The position numbers and the translations under genes were made by a program. From positions 2,688,001 to 2,752,000 of the forward strand of contig OY760907.1 in the NCBI GenBank assembly GCA_963664195.1: DNA of 64,000 nt, read 5' to 3'. The notes beneath the pieces are model-generated. The model saw only the letters and a list, made by a program, of their open reading frames with translations, was not told the origin of the DNA and ran no database searches. Position 1 is the first letter of the stretch. Each line of letters starts with the position of its first letter. Source of the DNA: an uncultured candidate division Zixibacteria bacterium. Its GTDB lineage: Bacteria; Zixibacteria; MSB-5A5; GN15; FEB-12. Below, in pieces: positions 39,939-51,717 of this stretch.

Positions 39939-40544
39939 TCAAGACTTCTTCTTGTTCAAGTGATCGATAATCAGTGTCCGGGCTTCCTGCAAAGCAAGTC
40001 CGCGATGGCTCACCGCGTTTTTCTCATCCATGGTCATCTGTGAGAATCGCTTATCTTTCGGCGGATAGTAGAAGACGGGATCATAGCCGAATCCCTTGTC
40101 ACCGCTAAGCTCCTCGGTGATAATCCCCTCGGCTTTGCCGTCGACTGTCTCGATATTCTCGCCGTCCCACGCTACCGCGATCACGCAGCGAAAACGGGCG
40201 GTGCGCTTCTCGCGGGGGACATCTTTCAACTCACGGATCAGCTTCTCGTTGTTGTCCTGATAGGTGACGTTCTCGCCGGCATACCGTGACGAGTAGACGC
40301 CGGGGGCGCCGTTGAGAGCGTCGACTTCGAGACCGGAATCATCGGCGAGAGCCGGGAGGTCGCAGAAGGCTGAGATTTCGCGAGCTTTGAGGATTGCGTT
40401 TTCTTCGAGCGTTTCGCCGGTTTCTTCGGGATCGGGAAAATCAAGGAAATCATCGCTGGTGAGAATGGTCACCGGAAGGTCGTCGAGAAGGTGTTTGATT
40501 TCTCTGATTTTGTCTTTGTTATTGGTCGCCAGTACGATTTGCAT
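39939..40544 (-). CDS. rdgB: dITP/XTP pyrophosphatase
   Basis: ATNNKDK, ENAILKA, ADDSGL, GFGYDPVF, SHRG. Confidence 0.96.
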   Translation of the reverse strand: MQIVLATNNKDKIREIKHLLDDLPVTILTSDDFLDFPDPEETGETLEENAILKAREISAFCDLPALADDSGLEVDALNGAPGVYSSRYAGENVTYQDNNEKLIRELKDVPREKRTARFRCVIAVAWDGENIETVDGKAEGIITEELSGDKGFGYDPVFYYPPKDKRFSQMTMDEKNAVSHRGLALQEARTLIIDHLNKKKS

Positions 40545-41613
40545 TGTTAGTGTCCTCTATGGAATCAAACTCCTCTCCGAGTACATCTGACTGCCACTTG
40601 CGCAGTGCTGTCGTCCGATTGGTCCACCTTTGAAACTCCTTGTAGAAAGGTGTCTCTCTCTGGGGAGTTAGGTGAGGAGAGGCTGCCTTTACCGCCGACC
40701 TGTAGACTAGGTAGAGGAGTTGCTCTGCGAAAGTGTATTTGTCGTCAGTTTGCTCGTAGTTCCATTGAAACTCACCAGTCTTCATGTTCAACCCGGCTAC
40801 GACTGATCTGGGGGACGGGTGTACGAACTCAGACCCAAAACGCCAGCCTTGCAGAGCCATACTCAGCGACGGGTCGAGCTCCGCTATGTCGGAGGGCGGC
40901 CTATTGTGTTCGACCAGTACCTTCCTCAGAGTAAGTTCGGCCTGTGTCCAAAAGCCGCAGTGTGACCATCCGGTAGGGTCGTCCTTCCGCAACTGTTCTT
41001 GACACCTGTTCCAAATGCTATCTGCCTTGTGTTCCGACAGGGGGCCAAGTAGCGACTCCACAAGGACCGCTCTGAGTTTTTGAGAGAAGTCCAATCCTGT
41101 CCACCCCCCTTTGGCCCTGCGCTCACACTGCCTCGCGATCTCTTCGACACTCGGTATCACTGCACCTTGCTTGAGTTGTTTCGGACCAAGCTGACTGCCC
41201 GTCCTTTCCACAGCTTCCTGGATGTACTTGTCATAGCTGTGCTTGGCTTCACGAAGTTCCTCGCGATGATAGTCTATCGCATCTCTCTTGCACCATACAC
41301 AATAGCGCCGGAGGTCTACGAACTCCCTGTTGAACTGCTCATCGTCTCGTATGCAGATCAGATGAAGGTCTAGTAGGTAGTCGATCAAGGAGCGGCTGAC
41401 AATTCGCTCTATCAACAAGTGCCCTTCTCTCAACGCCGCCAGAGTTCCTCGGACGAGTTCTTCGATTGACATCAGATAGAAGTAGCATAGAGTGTCCGTA
41501 CAACCGAGAGCTTGCGACAGGCCTGTGCTGCGGTTCTTGAGCCATAGCTTTGAGTTGTCGAGTATTTGAGAGAACTCCTGTTGGAAAGTGCTGTCGCCGT
41601 ATACCTTCATCAA
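40519..41613 (-). CDS. Hypothetical helical protein, DUF5677-like
   Basis: 364-aa ORF filling the murI-rdgB gap; motifs RSLID and (W)RFGSEFVHP resemble the R..E and Y...S..VH pattern I recall for DUF5677. Confidence 0.55.
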   Translation of the reverse strand: MMKVYGDSTFQQEFSQILDNSKLWLKNRSTGLSQALGCTDTLCYFYLMSIEELVRGTLAALREGHLLIERIVSRSLIDYLLDLHLICIRDDEQFNREFVDLRRYCVWCKRDAIDYHREELREAKHSYDKYIQEAVERTGSQLGPKQLKQGAVIPSVEEIARQCERRAKGGWTGLDFSQKLRAVLVESLLGPLSEHKADSIWNRCQEQLRKDDPTGWSHCGFWTQAELTLRKVLVEHNRPPSDIAELDPSLSMALQGWRFGSEFVHPSPRSVVAGLNMKTGEFQWNYEQTDDKYTFAEQLLYLVYRSAVKAASPHLTPQRETPFYKEFQRWTNRTTALRKWQSDVLGEEFDSIEDTNNANRTGDQ

Positions 41614-42428
41614 TACCTGCTGATATCCACCCGCGTGGTCTTGTCCACGATCCGTCCGAGAAAACGGGTGGCGAGTTGGTTGAATTTCTCAGGAACGTCC
41701 GAAACATAGAACTTGCAGTCGGCCCCCGCTTTCGGGTTTTGTGAAACCTCCATGTTCAGGAGATTGGCCTGCTTCAACGCCTCAAGCGCGATGCGCGCAG
41801 TTTCCTCGCCGCTGTCGATCAGAGTCACCTTTTTGCCCATAACGTCGGCGATTACGCTTTTCAGCAGCGGGTAGTGCGTACAGCCGAGAATCAGAGTGTC
41901 TACCTCGACATCCAGCATTGTCTGGAGGTAATCGCGCGCGATCAGGTACGTCGCCTCTTTTTCGATATAAGCTTCTTCGGCCAGCGGCACGAAGAGGGGA
42001 CAGGCCAGCGAAAAGACTTTCAACTCAGGGTTGAGTTCGTGGATGATCCGGGCGTAGGCGTTGGAATTTATGGTTGCGTGGGTGCCGATGACGCCGATAC
42101 GACCGGTCTTCGTTTTGGCTGAGGCGGCCTCGGCTCCCGGTCTTATCACGCCGATCATGGGTACCTGGAAATTCGGCGCGACTACATCGAGAGCTACCGA
42201 CGAAACCGAGTTACAGGCGCAGATGATGAACTTGACGTTCTGTTCCATGAGGAACGAGACATCCTGACGCGTGAATTCGGTGATAATCTCACGCGAGCGC
42301 CCGCCGTACGGTGTGCGGCTGACATCGCCGAAATAGACGACATCTTCGTTGGGCAGCAGTCTGAATATCTGTCGTGCTACGGTGAGTCCGCCGACGCCCG
42401 AATCGAAAATCCCTATAGGTCTTTCCAT
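41610..42428 (-). CDS. murI: Glutamate racemase
   Basis: FDSGVGGL, PYG, ACNS, LGCTHYP. Confidence 0.97.
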   Translation of the reverse strand: MERPIGIFDSGVGGLTVARQIFRLLPNEDVVYFGDVSRTPYGGRSREIITEFTRQDVSFLMEQNVKFIICACNSVSSVALDVVAPNFQVPMIGVIRPGAEAASAKTKTGRIGVIGTHATINSNAYARIIHELNPELKVFSLACPLFVPLAEEAYIEKEATYLIARDYLQTMLDVEVDTLILGCTHYPLLKSVIADVMGKKVTLIDSGEETARIALEALKQANLLNMEVSQNPKAGADCKFYVSDVPEKFNQLATRFLGRIVDKTTRVDISRY

Positions 42429-42461
42429 ATCGTTCCCTGACTGTATTCCCAGCGAAGCGAG

Positions 42462-43952
42462 TTATCGGTTTTCGTATTTCGCTTTGAAGCGTTTGATGGC
42501 CTCGTACAGGCTTTTGGCCAGTTTTTCCTGATACTTCTTGCTTTTTAGTGTCTTCTCCTCGACTTCGTTGGAAATGAAGGCTGACTCGATGAGCACCGAG
42601 GGCGTGAAGACCTTGTTGAGCACGAAGAACCCGGCCTGATCGATACCGCGCGCCGGAGTTTTGATGCTGCGCCGGAACTCCCGGTCTACCATCATCGCAA
42701 AGTCCCAAGATTCTGCCTGGAATTCAGTCATAATCATTTCGTTCAGGATTGAGAGTATCGGGTCTGCGGAGGCGTCTGACGGTCCGGGTGACTTCTCGGC
42801 CGATTCGCGCAGGAAGAAACTGTTCTCCAACTGTTCAACGGATCTTGCCGAGTCGTTCAGTGCTGGCGCGAGGAAGAAGACATTCCAGCCGCGCACATGT
42901 TTTTTGGGCGAGGCATTGGCGTGGATCGAAATAAACAGGTCGGCGCCGGCATCGTTGGCAATCTCGGCCCGTTTCTCCAGTGAGACCGTTTTGTCCTGAT
43001 CGCGAGTCATCACAACTTGGAACTGTTTATCTTTGCGAATCAGTTTGGCCAGTCGCTTGGCGATACCGAGCGAGATGTCTTTCTCGCGGGTCCCGCCCGG
43101 GCCGACGGCACCGTAGTCCTCGCCGCCGTGACCGGGGTCGATGACGATTACGTCAATCTTATCATCCGGGCCAACTTCGGGGCGGGGCGCGACGGTGTCC
43201 CACTCGACATTGGTATCGGAGATGGATATCTGGATGCGAGTGGGATCGTTTTCTATTTTGTGGTGCCACTTTTCAATGTTGGTCTTGAGCCGCATTGATA
43301 TCTGGCCGGTGTTGTTTTCGATCTGGTGGACGCTCAGTTTGTACATGTACCGGTTGTCTTTGCGGGAGAGTATCCGGTTGCGATTGACCCTGGCGTCGCG
43401 GATGGAGATATTCAGCCAGTTGCCCTCTGTGACAAAGACCTCGTAGGCCAGAGCCTGCGAAAGCTGTATTTCAATCAGGAGTCCGTTGGCTTTTTGTTGC
43501 ACGGACATATCGGTGACATTGAAATAGTCGGATTCAACGGTAATCGTCCTTTTATCGCTATCCCAGGTGATTTGTGGCGCAGTCACCCGGTCGAGGAAGG
43601 GAAGGAATGTGACGACGGGCACGAACAACTGCCCTTCTTCCAGCCTGGCGGAATAGGTCATGTTGAAAGTGGTGTCGTTCATCAGGAAGAACGGGGAATC
43701 GAGAAGGAACTCAAACCGATATCCCTCTTCACGATAACTAATCCGATGTCCCACCGTTTCCCAGGTCAGGGTGCCGCCAAGCACGCCCGCCAGTTGCGAG
43801 AGAGAGACATAACGGACCTCATCTTTCTCGAAAGACTCGATCTCATTATAGCCGCCAGCGATAGAGACTCTGACTTCGCCCGCTTGTGCCGGAATAGCCA
43901 GAACGAGGCAGAGCAGGATGAGCGAGATGAGGGGGATTGTGAGGCGGTTCAT
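42462..43952 (-). CDS. N-acetylmuramoyl-L-alanine amidase (Amidase_3)
   Basis: IDPGHGGED, EK, FISIHANA, PSVLIESAFISN; signal peptide. Confidence 0.93.
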   Translation of the reverse strand: MNRLTIPLISLILLCLVLAIPAQAGEVRVSIAGGYNEIESFEKDEVRYVSLSQLAGVLGGTLTWETVGHRISYREEGYRFEFLLDSPFFLMNDTTFNMTYSARLEEGQLFVPVVTFLPFLDRVTAPQITWDSDKRTITVESDYFNVTDMSVQQKANGLLIEIQLSQALAYEVFVTEGNWLNISIRDARVNRNRILSRKDNRYMYKLSVHQIENNTGQISMRLKTNIEKWHHKIENDPTRIQISISDTNVEWDTVAPRPEVGPDDKIDVIVIDPGHGGEDYGAVGPGGTREKDISLGIAKRLAKLIRKDKQFQVVMTRDQDKTVSLEKRAEIANDAGADLFISIHANASPKKHVRGWNVFFLAPALNDSARSVEQLENSFFLRESAEKSPGPSDASADPILSILNEMIMTEFQAESWDFAMMVDREFRRSIKTPARGIDQAGFFVLNKVFTPSVLIESAFISNEVEEKTLKSKKYQEKLAKSLYEAIKRFKAKYENR

Positions 43953-43955
43953 ACT

Positions 43956-44429
43956 CTAGCGATCGAGGTTTCTCTTCACGGCTTGTTTCATGCGTCTATC
44001 GGCGTCGGCTTTGGCGATAGCCTGGCGCTTGTCATACTTCTTACGTCCGATGACCAGCCCCAGTTCGATTTTGACGTTTCGACCTCTTATATAAATGGAG
44101 AGTGGAACAAGCGTCATGCCCTGTTGCTGGGTCTTTATGCCGAGTTTGACAATTTCCCGTCTGTGCATGAGGAGGCGGCGGGGTCTGATCGGGTCCGGTG
44201 ACTCCCCCGAGGCCATCTCGTACGGAGAGATATGCAGGTTTTTCAGCCATATCTGGCCTCCGTCAATCAGAGCATAGCTATCAGCGACATTCACCTTGCC
44301 GGCCCGGATACTCTTGACCTCACAGCCCATCAACTCAATGCCGGCTTCCATGGAACTGACTACCTGATAGTCATGGCGGGCCTTGCGATTGCGGACCACA
44401 GTCTTGATGTTGTTCTTTTCTTCAGTCAT
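43956..44429 (-). CDS. smpB: SsrA-binding protein
   Basis: NRKARHDY, EAGI.L.G.EVKSIR, KKYDKR; start 44429. Confidence 0.97.
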   Translation of the reverse strand: MTEEKNNIKTVVRNRKARHDYQVVSSMEAGIELMGCEVKSIRAGKVNVADSYALIDGGQIWLKNLHISPYEMASGESPDPIRPRRLLMHRREIVKLGIKTQQQGMTLVPLSIYIRGRNVKIELGLVIGRKKYDKRQAIAKADADRRMKQAVKRNLDR

Positions 44430-44615
44430 CAGTGCAAGGATAGGCCGTTTGGAGTTGGCGGGCAATCAAAAAACGTCGTCGAGCCATCTGAACGAGATTG
44501 CTTCTGCTACTGCAAGGAGGCTAATCTTCTTTGGTATTCGACCGATAGTCATAATAACTAGCGAGGAATCTATCCAAGGAAACGCCATTGCTGGCGAAAC
44601 ATAACCGGGGGTCCT

Positions 44616-45017
44616 GTGCCAAACGACCAGAAACCTGATACGAGTATCCTGATTGCCGACGATGAAGAATCCGTGCGCGAGTTGCTCTCTACGATGTTTA
44701 CCAGAGAAGGTCACGCGGTCTATACTGCCGCCACCGGCACCGAGGCTGTCAGAATCGCTCTGGACAAAAAGCCCTCCCTAATCATCATGGATATTACCAT
44801 GCCGGAGATGGACGGATACGAAGCAACGTCCAGAATCAAGGAGGATCCGGCTCTCAAAGAAACGCCGGTGATATTCCTGACCGGAAAGTCGGCCCAGGAG
44901 GATGGCGGTCGGGCATTTGCCAAGGGAGGGCTGACATTCGTGCGCAAGCCCTTCAACGGTAGCCAGATACGGGATCTGGTGTGTCTGACGATGCAGACGC
45001 TCACGACATCAAAATAG
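44616..45017 (+). CDS. Single-domain response regulator
   Basis: ILIADDE, MDITMPEMDG, FLT, KPF. Confidence 0.9.
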   Translation: MPNDQKPDTSILIADDEESVRELLSTMFTREGHAVYTAATGTEAVRIALDKKPSLIIMDITMPEMDGYEATSRIKEDPALKETPVIFLTGKSAQEDGGRAFAKGGLTFVRKPFNGSQIRDLVCLTMQTLTTSK

Positions 45018-45090
45018 AGGTAGTTAAGCCGACGCTGTTTCTTGCCGATATTATTTAGTAAACCAAGAACCCTAGACGAGCAGAGTACTA

Positions 45091-45492
45091 GTGTCTCACA
45101 AGATCAATATTCAGGCAGCCAAGGTTCTGGTCGTCGATGACGAACCGGAAATCACAGACATTGTCGAGGCATTTCTCAGCGAGGCCGGCTATACTGTCGC
45201 TGTGGAGAATTCGCCCACAAATGCAATTAACGCCGCCCGTCAGTTCCAGCCGGATGTTGTCCTGCTGGACATCATGATGCCCGGCGTCGACGGATACGAT
45301 ATCTGTCAACAGATTAAGCAGGAGCCGGGATTGGCCCAGGTCCCGATCATTTTTCTGACCGGCAAGGATCGCTCCGATGATATGGGGCGCTCGTTTAAGG
45401 TGGGCGGCGACATGTTCATCAAGAAACCGTTCTCCTGCGAGCGGCTGCTGGAGATCGTGAATATCGTCGTAATGTCTGCTTCGGCACACTAG
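45091..45492 (+). CDS. Single-domain response regulator
   Basis: VLVVDDE, LDIMMPGVDG, FLT, KPF. Confidence 0.9.
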   Translation: MSHKINIQAAKVLVVDDEPEITDIVEAFLSEAGYTVAVENSPTNAINAARQFQPDVVLLDIMMPGVDGYDICQQIKQEPGLAQVPIIFLTGKDRSDDMGRSFKVGGDMFIKKPFSCERLLEIVNIVVMSASAH

Positions 45493-45532
45493 ACTATGAA
45501 TTTCGCGGCATGGAGGGATGTCGCGATTTTTA

Positions 45533-45561
45533 TTGACAGTTTTGGTGCAGTGCACTATACT
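45533..45561 (+). promoter_or_regulatory. Near-consensus sigma70 promoter with a palindromic operator in the spacer
   Basis: TTGACA-N17-TATACT; the spacer contains GTGCA-G-TGCAC (45545-45555). Confidence 0.75.
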
Positions 45562-45578
45562 AAATGAAACGGAATGTC

Positions 45579-46163
45579 ATGAGAATCGTTAAAAGATATA
45601 GTAACAGGCGGCTCTACGACACGCAGTCGAGTCGTACCATAACCCAGTTTGATCTGGCCCGACTGATTCAGGAGGGGCACGAGGTCAGGGTGGTTGACTC
45701 CTCGACGGGGGAAGATATCACGCTACAGGTGCTCAGCCGGATCGCGGTAGCGGAGACGTCAAAGTGGGACGATATAAAACAGTCCAAAGAGTTATTGCGT
45801 GGAATCATTTCAGCTGGAGGGGAAAAGTCTATGTCTATCCTCAAAAACACAATCCTGGCCTCGATCGGGGTTCTCCACGTCACTAAGGAGAAGGCCGAGT
45901 CGATCATCGATGACCTGATTAAGAAAGGCGAACTCGACAAATCCGATCGCAAGACGGCCGTCATGGAGTTGCTGGACAAGGTAGAGAAATCAACTTCCGA
46001 GTTCAGCAAGAAGGTGATGAAAGAAGCCGACAAGGCGCAGAAGAACGTCAAGAAGGCGACCTCAGGGCTTGCCTGGGCAACCCAGGATGACTTGAAACGA
46101 TTGGAAAAGAAGGTCAACAAGATCGCCAAGCAGTTGAAGGACCTGACCGAAGCAAAAGGCTAG
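45579..46163 (+). CDS. PhaR-type DNA-binding domain fused to a phasin-like C-terminal domain
   Basis: RIVKRYSNRRLYDT..S..IT..V.VVD..TGEDIT is the PhaR N-domain pattern; LASIG....KEKAE..IDDLIKKGEL..ATQDDL..LE is phasin-like. The ATG at 45564 lies upstream of the predicted TSS, so 45579 is preferred. Confidence 0.8.
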   Translation: MRIVKRYSNRRLYDTQSSRTITQFDLARLIQEGHEVRVVDSSTGEDITLQVLSRIAVAETSKWDDIKQSKELLRGIISAGGEKSMSILKNTILASIGVLHVTKEKAESIIDDLIKKGELDKSDRKTAVMELLDKVEKSTSEFSKKVMKEADKAQKNVKKATSGLAWATQDDLKRLEKKVNKIAKQLKDLTEAKG

Positions 46164-46328
46164 GAGCGTTTTCGACTCGCTGCATTTCCACGGAGTCACC
46201 CGGCAACCGCGTCACTGTACGATGCGCGGCTGTGTGCTTGATTCAGATCGCTGGTTTTGTGTTCTTTCGGAGAATCGTTACTCGGGGTCACATGACGACA
46301 CACAAAATGGGCGGGGGCGGTTGAACGT

Positions 46329-48910
<2,582 letters not shown>

Positions 48911-48918
48911 CTTAACCC

Positions 48919-49710
48919 TTAGAGGTCCTTCAATCGTTGGGTTGCCTGTTCGGCCTCGAGCGTGCCGGCATGTTCGTTCACGAGTTGTTCGAACAGCGCC
49001 TTTGCCTCATTCTTTTTGCCGAGTTCCTGCTTGCAGCGGGCCAGTTTGTAGAGCGCCCGTCCAAGGTTCGGCGAATCAGGATAAGTTTTCAGCAAATGGT
49101 CATATTCGGTGACCGCATCGCTGTATTCTTCCTGTGAGTAGTAGCATTCGCCGATCCAGTAGTAGGCGTTTTCCACATCCTGGTGTGATTCACACTCCGC
49201 CAGGAACGCGCGGAAGCCGGTTACGGCTTCTTCGTATTCGCCCCGACGTACCAGCGTGAAGGCGTTGTCGTATGTGTTCTGGCAATCAATCGAGGGTTGA
49301 CTGCTGGGCGGCGGCTCCGACGGTGCGGTAGCGACCGGCGTGTCGTCCTGCGCTCCTGCCGAAGATCTCGGCGGCAGCGTGATGACCTGCGGTGTCTGGT
49401 TGAGCTGATCGATTCGAGACATCAGGTCATTGTAGTTCTCAAGCAGCACGCCCATCTGGCGAGTCAGTTCGTCGGTTGAATACCGAATGTCGTTCTGCAA
49501 CGCCTTGTTGGCCACGGCGCCGGCTGCAATAACTGAATCCATTCGAAGGACCAGATCGCGGGTCTGGCCGTTCTGCAACTCCACGTTGGCCAGTCGGTCG
49601 TTGATGTCCTGAACATCACGTTTCGTGGCGCAACCGGAGAGCAGCAATCCTATGCAGATAACCGCCATTGCAGCAATGGCGGTTATCTTGTTTGATCTTT
49701 GGTATTCCAT
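48919..49710 (-). CDS. cpoB: Tol-Pal TPR protein CpoB/YbgF, lipoprotein form
   Basis: Lipobox LSGC, coiled coil, TPRs with NAYYWIGECYY; downstream of pal. Confidence 0.88.
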   Translation of the reverse strand: MEYQRSNKITAIAAMAVICIGLLLSGCATKRDVQDINDRLANVELQNGQTRDLVLRMDSVIAAGAVANKALQNDIRYSTDELTRQMGVLLENYNDLMSRIDQLNQTPQVITLPPRSSAGAQDDTPVATAPSEPPPSSQPSIDCQNTYDNAFTLVRRGEYEEAVTGFRAFLAECESHQDVENAYYWIGECYYSQEEYSDAVTEYDHLLKTYPDSPNLGRALYKLARCKQELGKKNEAKALFEQLVNEHAGTLEAEQATQRLKDL

Positions 49711-49730
49711 GTACCTTTTACCCGTCAGGG

Positions 49731-50249
49731 TTACTGCGAGACGATCTTAAATTCGCAACGGCGATTCTTCTGCCAGGCGATCTCATCGTGACCGGTATCG
49801 ACCGGGCGCTCTTTACCGTAGGATATAACCGAAATCCGTGCCGGGTTGATGCCCAGTCCGGTCAGGTAATCCATAGCGGCTTTGGCACGCTTTTCACCGA
49901 GTGACAGGTTGTATTCGATAGTACCACGCTCGTCGCAGTGACCTTCGATCTTGATGATTGCATCCGGGAACTCGTTCAGCAGACCGAAGTTGTGGTCAAG
50001 GCTGGCACGAGCGTCCTCGCGAAGCTGGAACTTGTCAAAATCAAAGTACACCGTCTCAAACTGAGTCGCCTTGAGTACCGGCGGCGGCGGAGGCGGAGGT
50101 GGCGGAGGAGGCGGTGGTGGTGGCGGAGTCGGTGTCGTGTCTTGCACAACGACCGGCTGTTCGGGGGCTACTTCAGGCTTCGGACCGCAGGCATTCAGCA
50201 TTAGTGCGACAAGCAACCCGGTGGCCAGTAGGAATCCAAGTCTTTTCAT
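49731..50249 (-). CDS. pal: Peptidoglycan-associated lipoprotein
   Basis: Lipobox LNAC; VYFDFDK, IEGHCDERGT.EYN..LG.KRA, SYGKERP, NRR. Confidence 0.96.
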   Translation of the reverse strand: MKRLGFLLATGLLVALMLNACGPKPEVAPEQPVVVQDTTPTPPPPPPPPPPPPPPPPVLKATQFETVYFDFDKFQLREDARASLDHNFGLLNEFPDAIIKIEGHCDERGTIEYNLSLGEKRAKAAMDYLTGLGINPARISVISYGKERPVDTGHDEIAWQKNRRCEFKIVSQ

Positions 50250-50310
50250 TGCGTAACTTCCCTCCCAAATGGGAATTTGGGGCGTTTTTTTATTCTATTT
50301 TAACTTATCG

Positions 50311-50339
50311 AATCTATGCAAATCCATTAATGCGGTCAA
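50311..50339 (-). promoter_or_regulatory. Internal promoter for pal-cpoB
   Basis: TTGACC-N17-TAGATT on the minus strand in the tolB-pal gap. Confidence 0.55.
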
Positions 50340-50394
50340 TATAAAAAACGGTTTCGGCATAGCTCCCTGGTCTGTCAGGACTTATACGCAGTAG

Positions 50395-51708
50395 TCACTG
50401 AATAGGTCCCCAGGCAGGGTTTGAGGCAGTCCCCCCGTGGGTGAGACGGCGCTGGTTCTGGCCTGAGAGGTCCATGGTGTAGATATCTCCAGAACTCAGC
50501 CGTGTCGACGCAAAGATGATATGCTTGCCGTCGGGGGAGAAGTGCGGGTTTTCGTTCATGCCGACCTCGGTCAGGACCCGATAATCAGTACCGTCGACGT
50601 TGATTGAGGCCAGATCGAACCGGCCTTGTTGAGTCCGGCTGACAAACGTGATTCGATCGCCCCGATCAGCCCAGATCGGCGAGTCGTTGTAGCCGCCCTG
50701 GTAGGTGAGGCGTCGGGCGTTCAGGCCGTCGGCATCCATGATGTAAATCTGCGGTGCGCCGGTACGATCCGAAGAGAAAACTATGCTCTGGCCGTCTGGT
50801 GACCACGACGGTGCCGAATCAATCGCCTGATGTTTGGTCAGACGTTTGATGATATTGCCCTTCAGGTCGAGGACGTAGATTTCCGAGTTGCCGTCTTTCG
50901 ACAGCACACAGGCGATTTTGTTGCCATCGGGCGATATCGAAGGCGCAGCAACCACGCCCTGGAAATCGCCTATTTGCTTTATTTCGCCGGTCTTGAGGAC
51001 CAGATGGTACATCTGCGGCTCGCCGCTCATATAGCTCGTGAAATAGACCTCCTCCTGGTTGGAGGAGAACATAGGGGAGAGGTTGATCGAGCCGGTTTTG
51101 GTCAGTTGCTTTTCGTTTTCACCGTCGTAATCCGCCATGAACAGCTCTTTGGCGTCTCCGAATTTCTTCACGTAGACGATCTTGGTCCGGAATATGCCGC
51201 GCTCGCCGGTTGAGTTGTAGACGATTTCGTTGGCGATGTCATGGGCTAGTTCCCGCCAATAAGTGCGATGATACTCAAGCTGCCCGCTGGCGACCTCTCG
51301 TTGCGACGGAGTGTGGTACATACGCCAGAAACCGCGAATGTTCTGTGCCGGGAACTCGGCCTCGAGCTTGATCAGGAACTCCGCTCCGAGCCTCTGCCAG
51401 CCGAGGATATCCATCTCTTTGATCTCGTACGTTTTCATGTAGAAGCTGTCGATGGGGATCAGCGAGAAGTCGGCGTAGAAGTCGATGTCTCTCTGCACCA
51501 CGCGCGTGACGTACTGCATCAGCGTTGAGTCTTCCTGACTGATATATCTCGTGCCGATGTACTTCATGTCATCGACGCCGTAGGGGGTGGCCTGGAAAGC
51601 GCCCGACACAGTGTCCAGAGTGAACTGCCGAACATCCTGCGCATTGCCTGCGGTGGTTAGAGAGAGGGCGAGGAGTATTGTTGTCAGTACCAATTGGCGG
51701 AGTTTCAT
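50395..51708 (-). CDS. tolB: Tol-Pal beta-propeller protein
   Basis: AH.IA.EI, DYDG, PD40 repeats SPDG, S.RTG.PQIY. Confidence 0.93.
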   Translation of the reverse strand: MKLRQLVLTTILLALSLTTAGNAQDVRQFTLDTVSGAFQATPYGVDDMKYIGTRYISQEDSTLMQYVTRVVQRDIDFYADFSLIPIDSFYMKTYEIKEMDILGWQRLGAEFLIKLEAEFPAQNIRGFWRMYHTPSQREVASGQLEYHRTYWRELAHDIANEIVYNSTGERGIFRTKIVYVKKFGDAKELFMADYDGENEKQLTKTGSINLSPMFSSNQEEVYFTSYMSGEPQMYHLVLKTGEIKQIGDFQGVVAAPSISPDGNKIACVLSKDGNSEIYVLDLKGNIIKRLTKHQAIDSAPSWSPDGQSIVFSSDRTGAPQIYIMDADGLNARRLTYQGGYNDSPIWADRGDRITFVSRTQQGRFDLASINVDGTDYRVLTEVGMNENPHFSPDGKHIIFASTRLSSGDIYTMDLSGQNQRRLTHGGTASNPAWGPIQ

Positions 51709-51717
51709 CCGATTTCC

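Noticed and set aside
44430..44615. tmRNA next to smpB
   Set aside because: The gap is too short and has no tRNA-like ends.
50071..50256. Poly-Gly ORF or microsatellite
   Set aside because: It is the reverse strand of the Pal polyproline codons.
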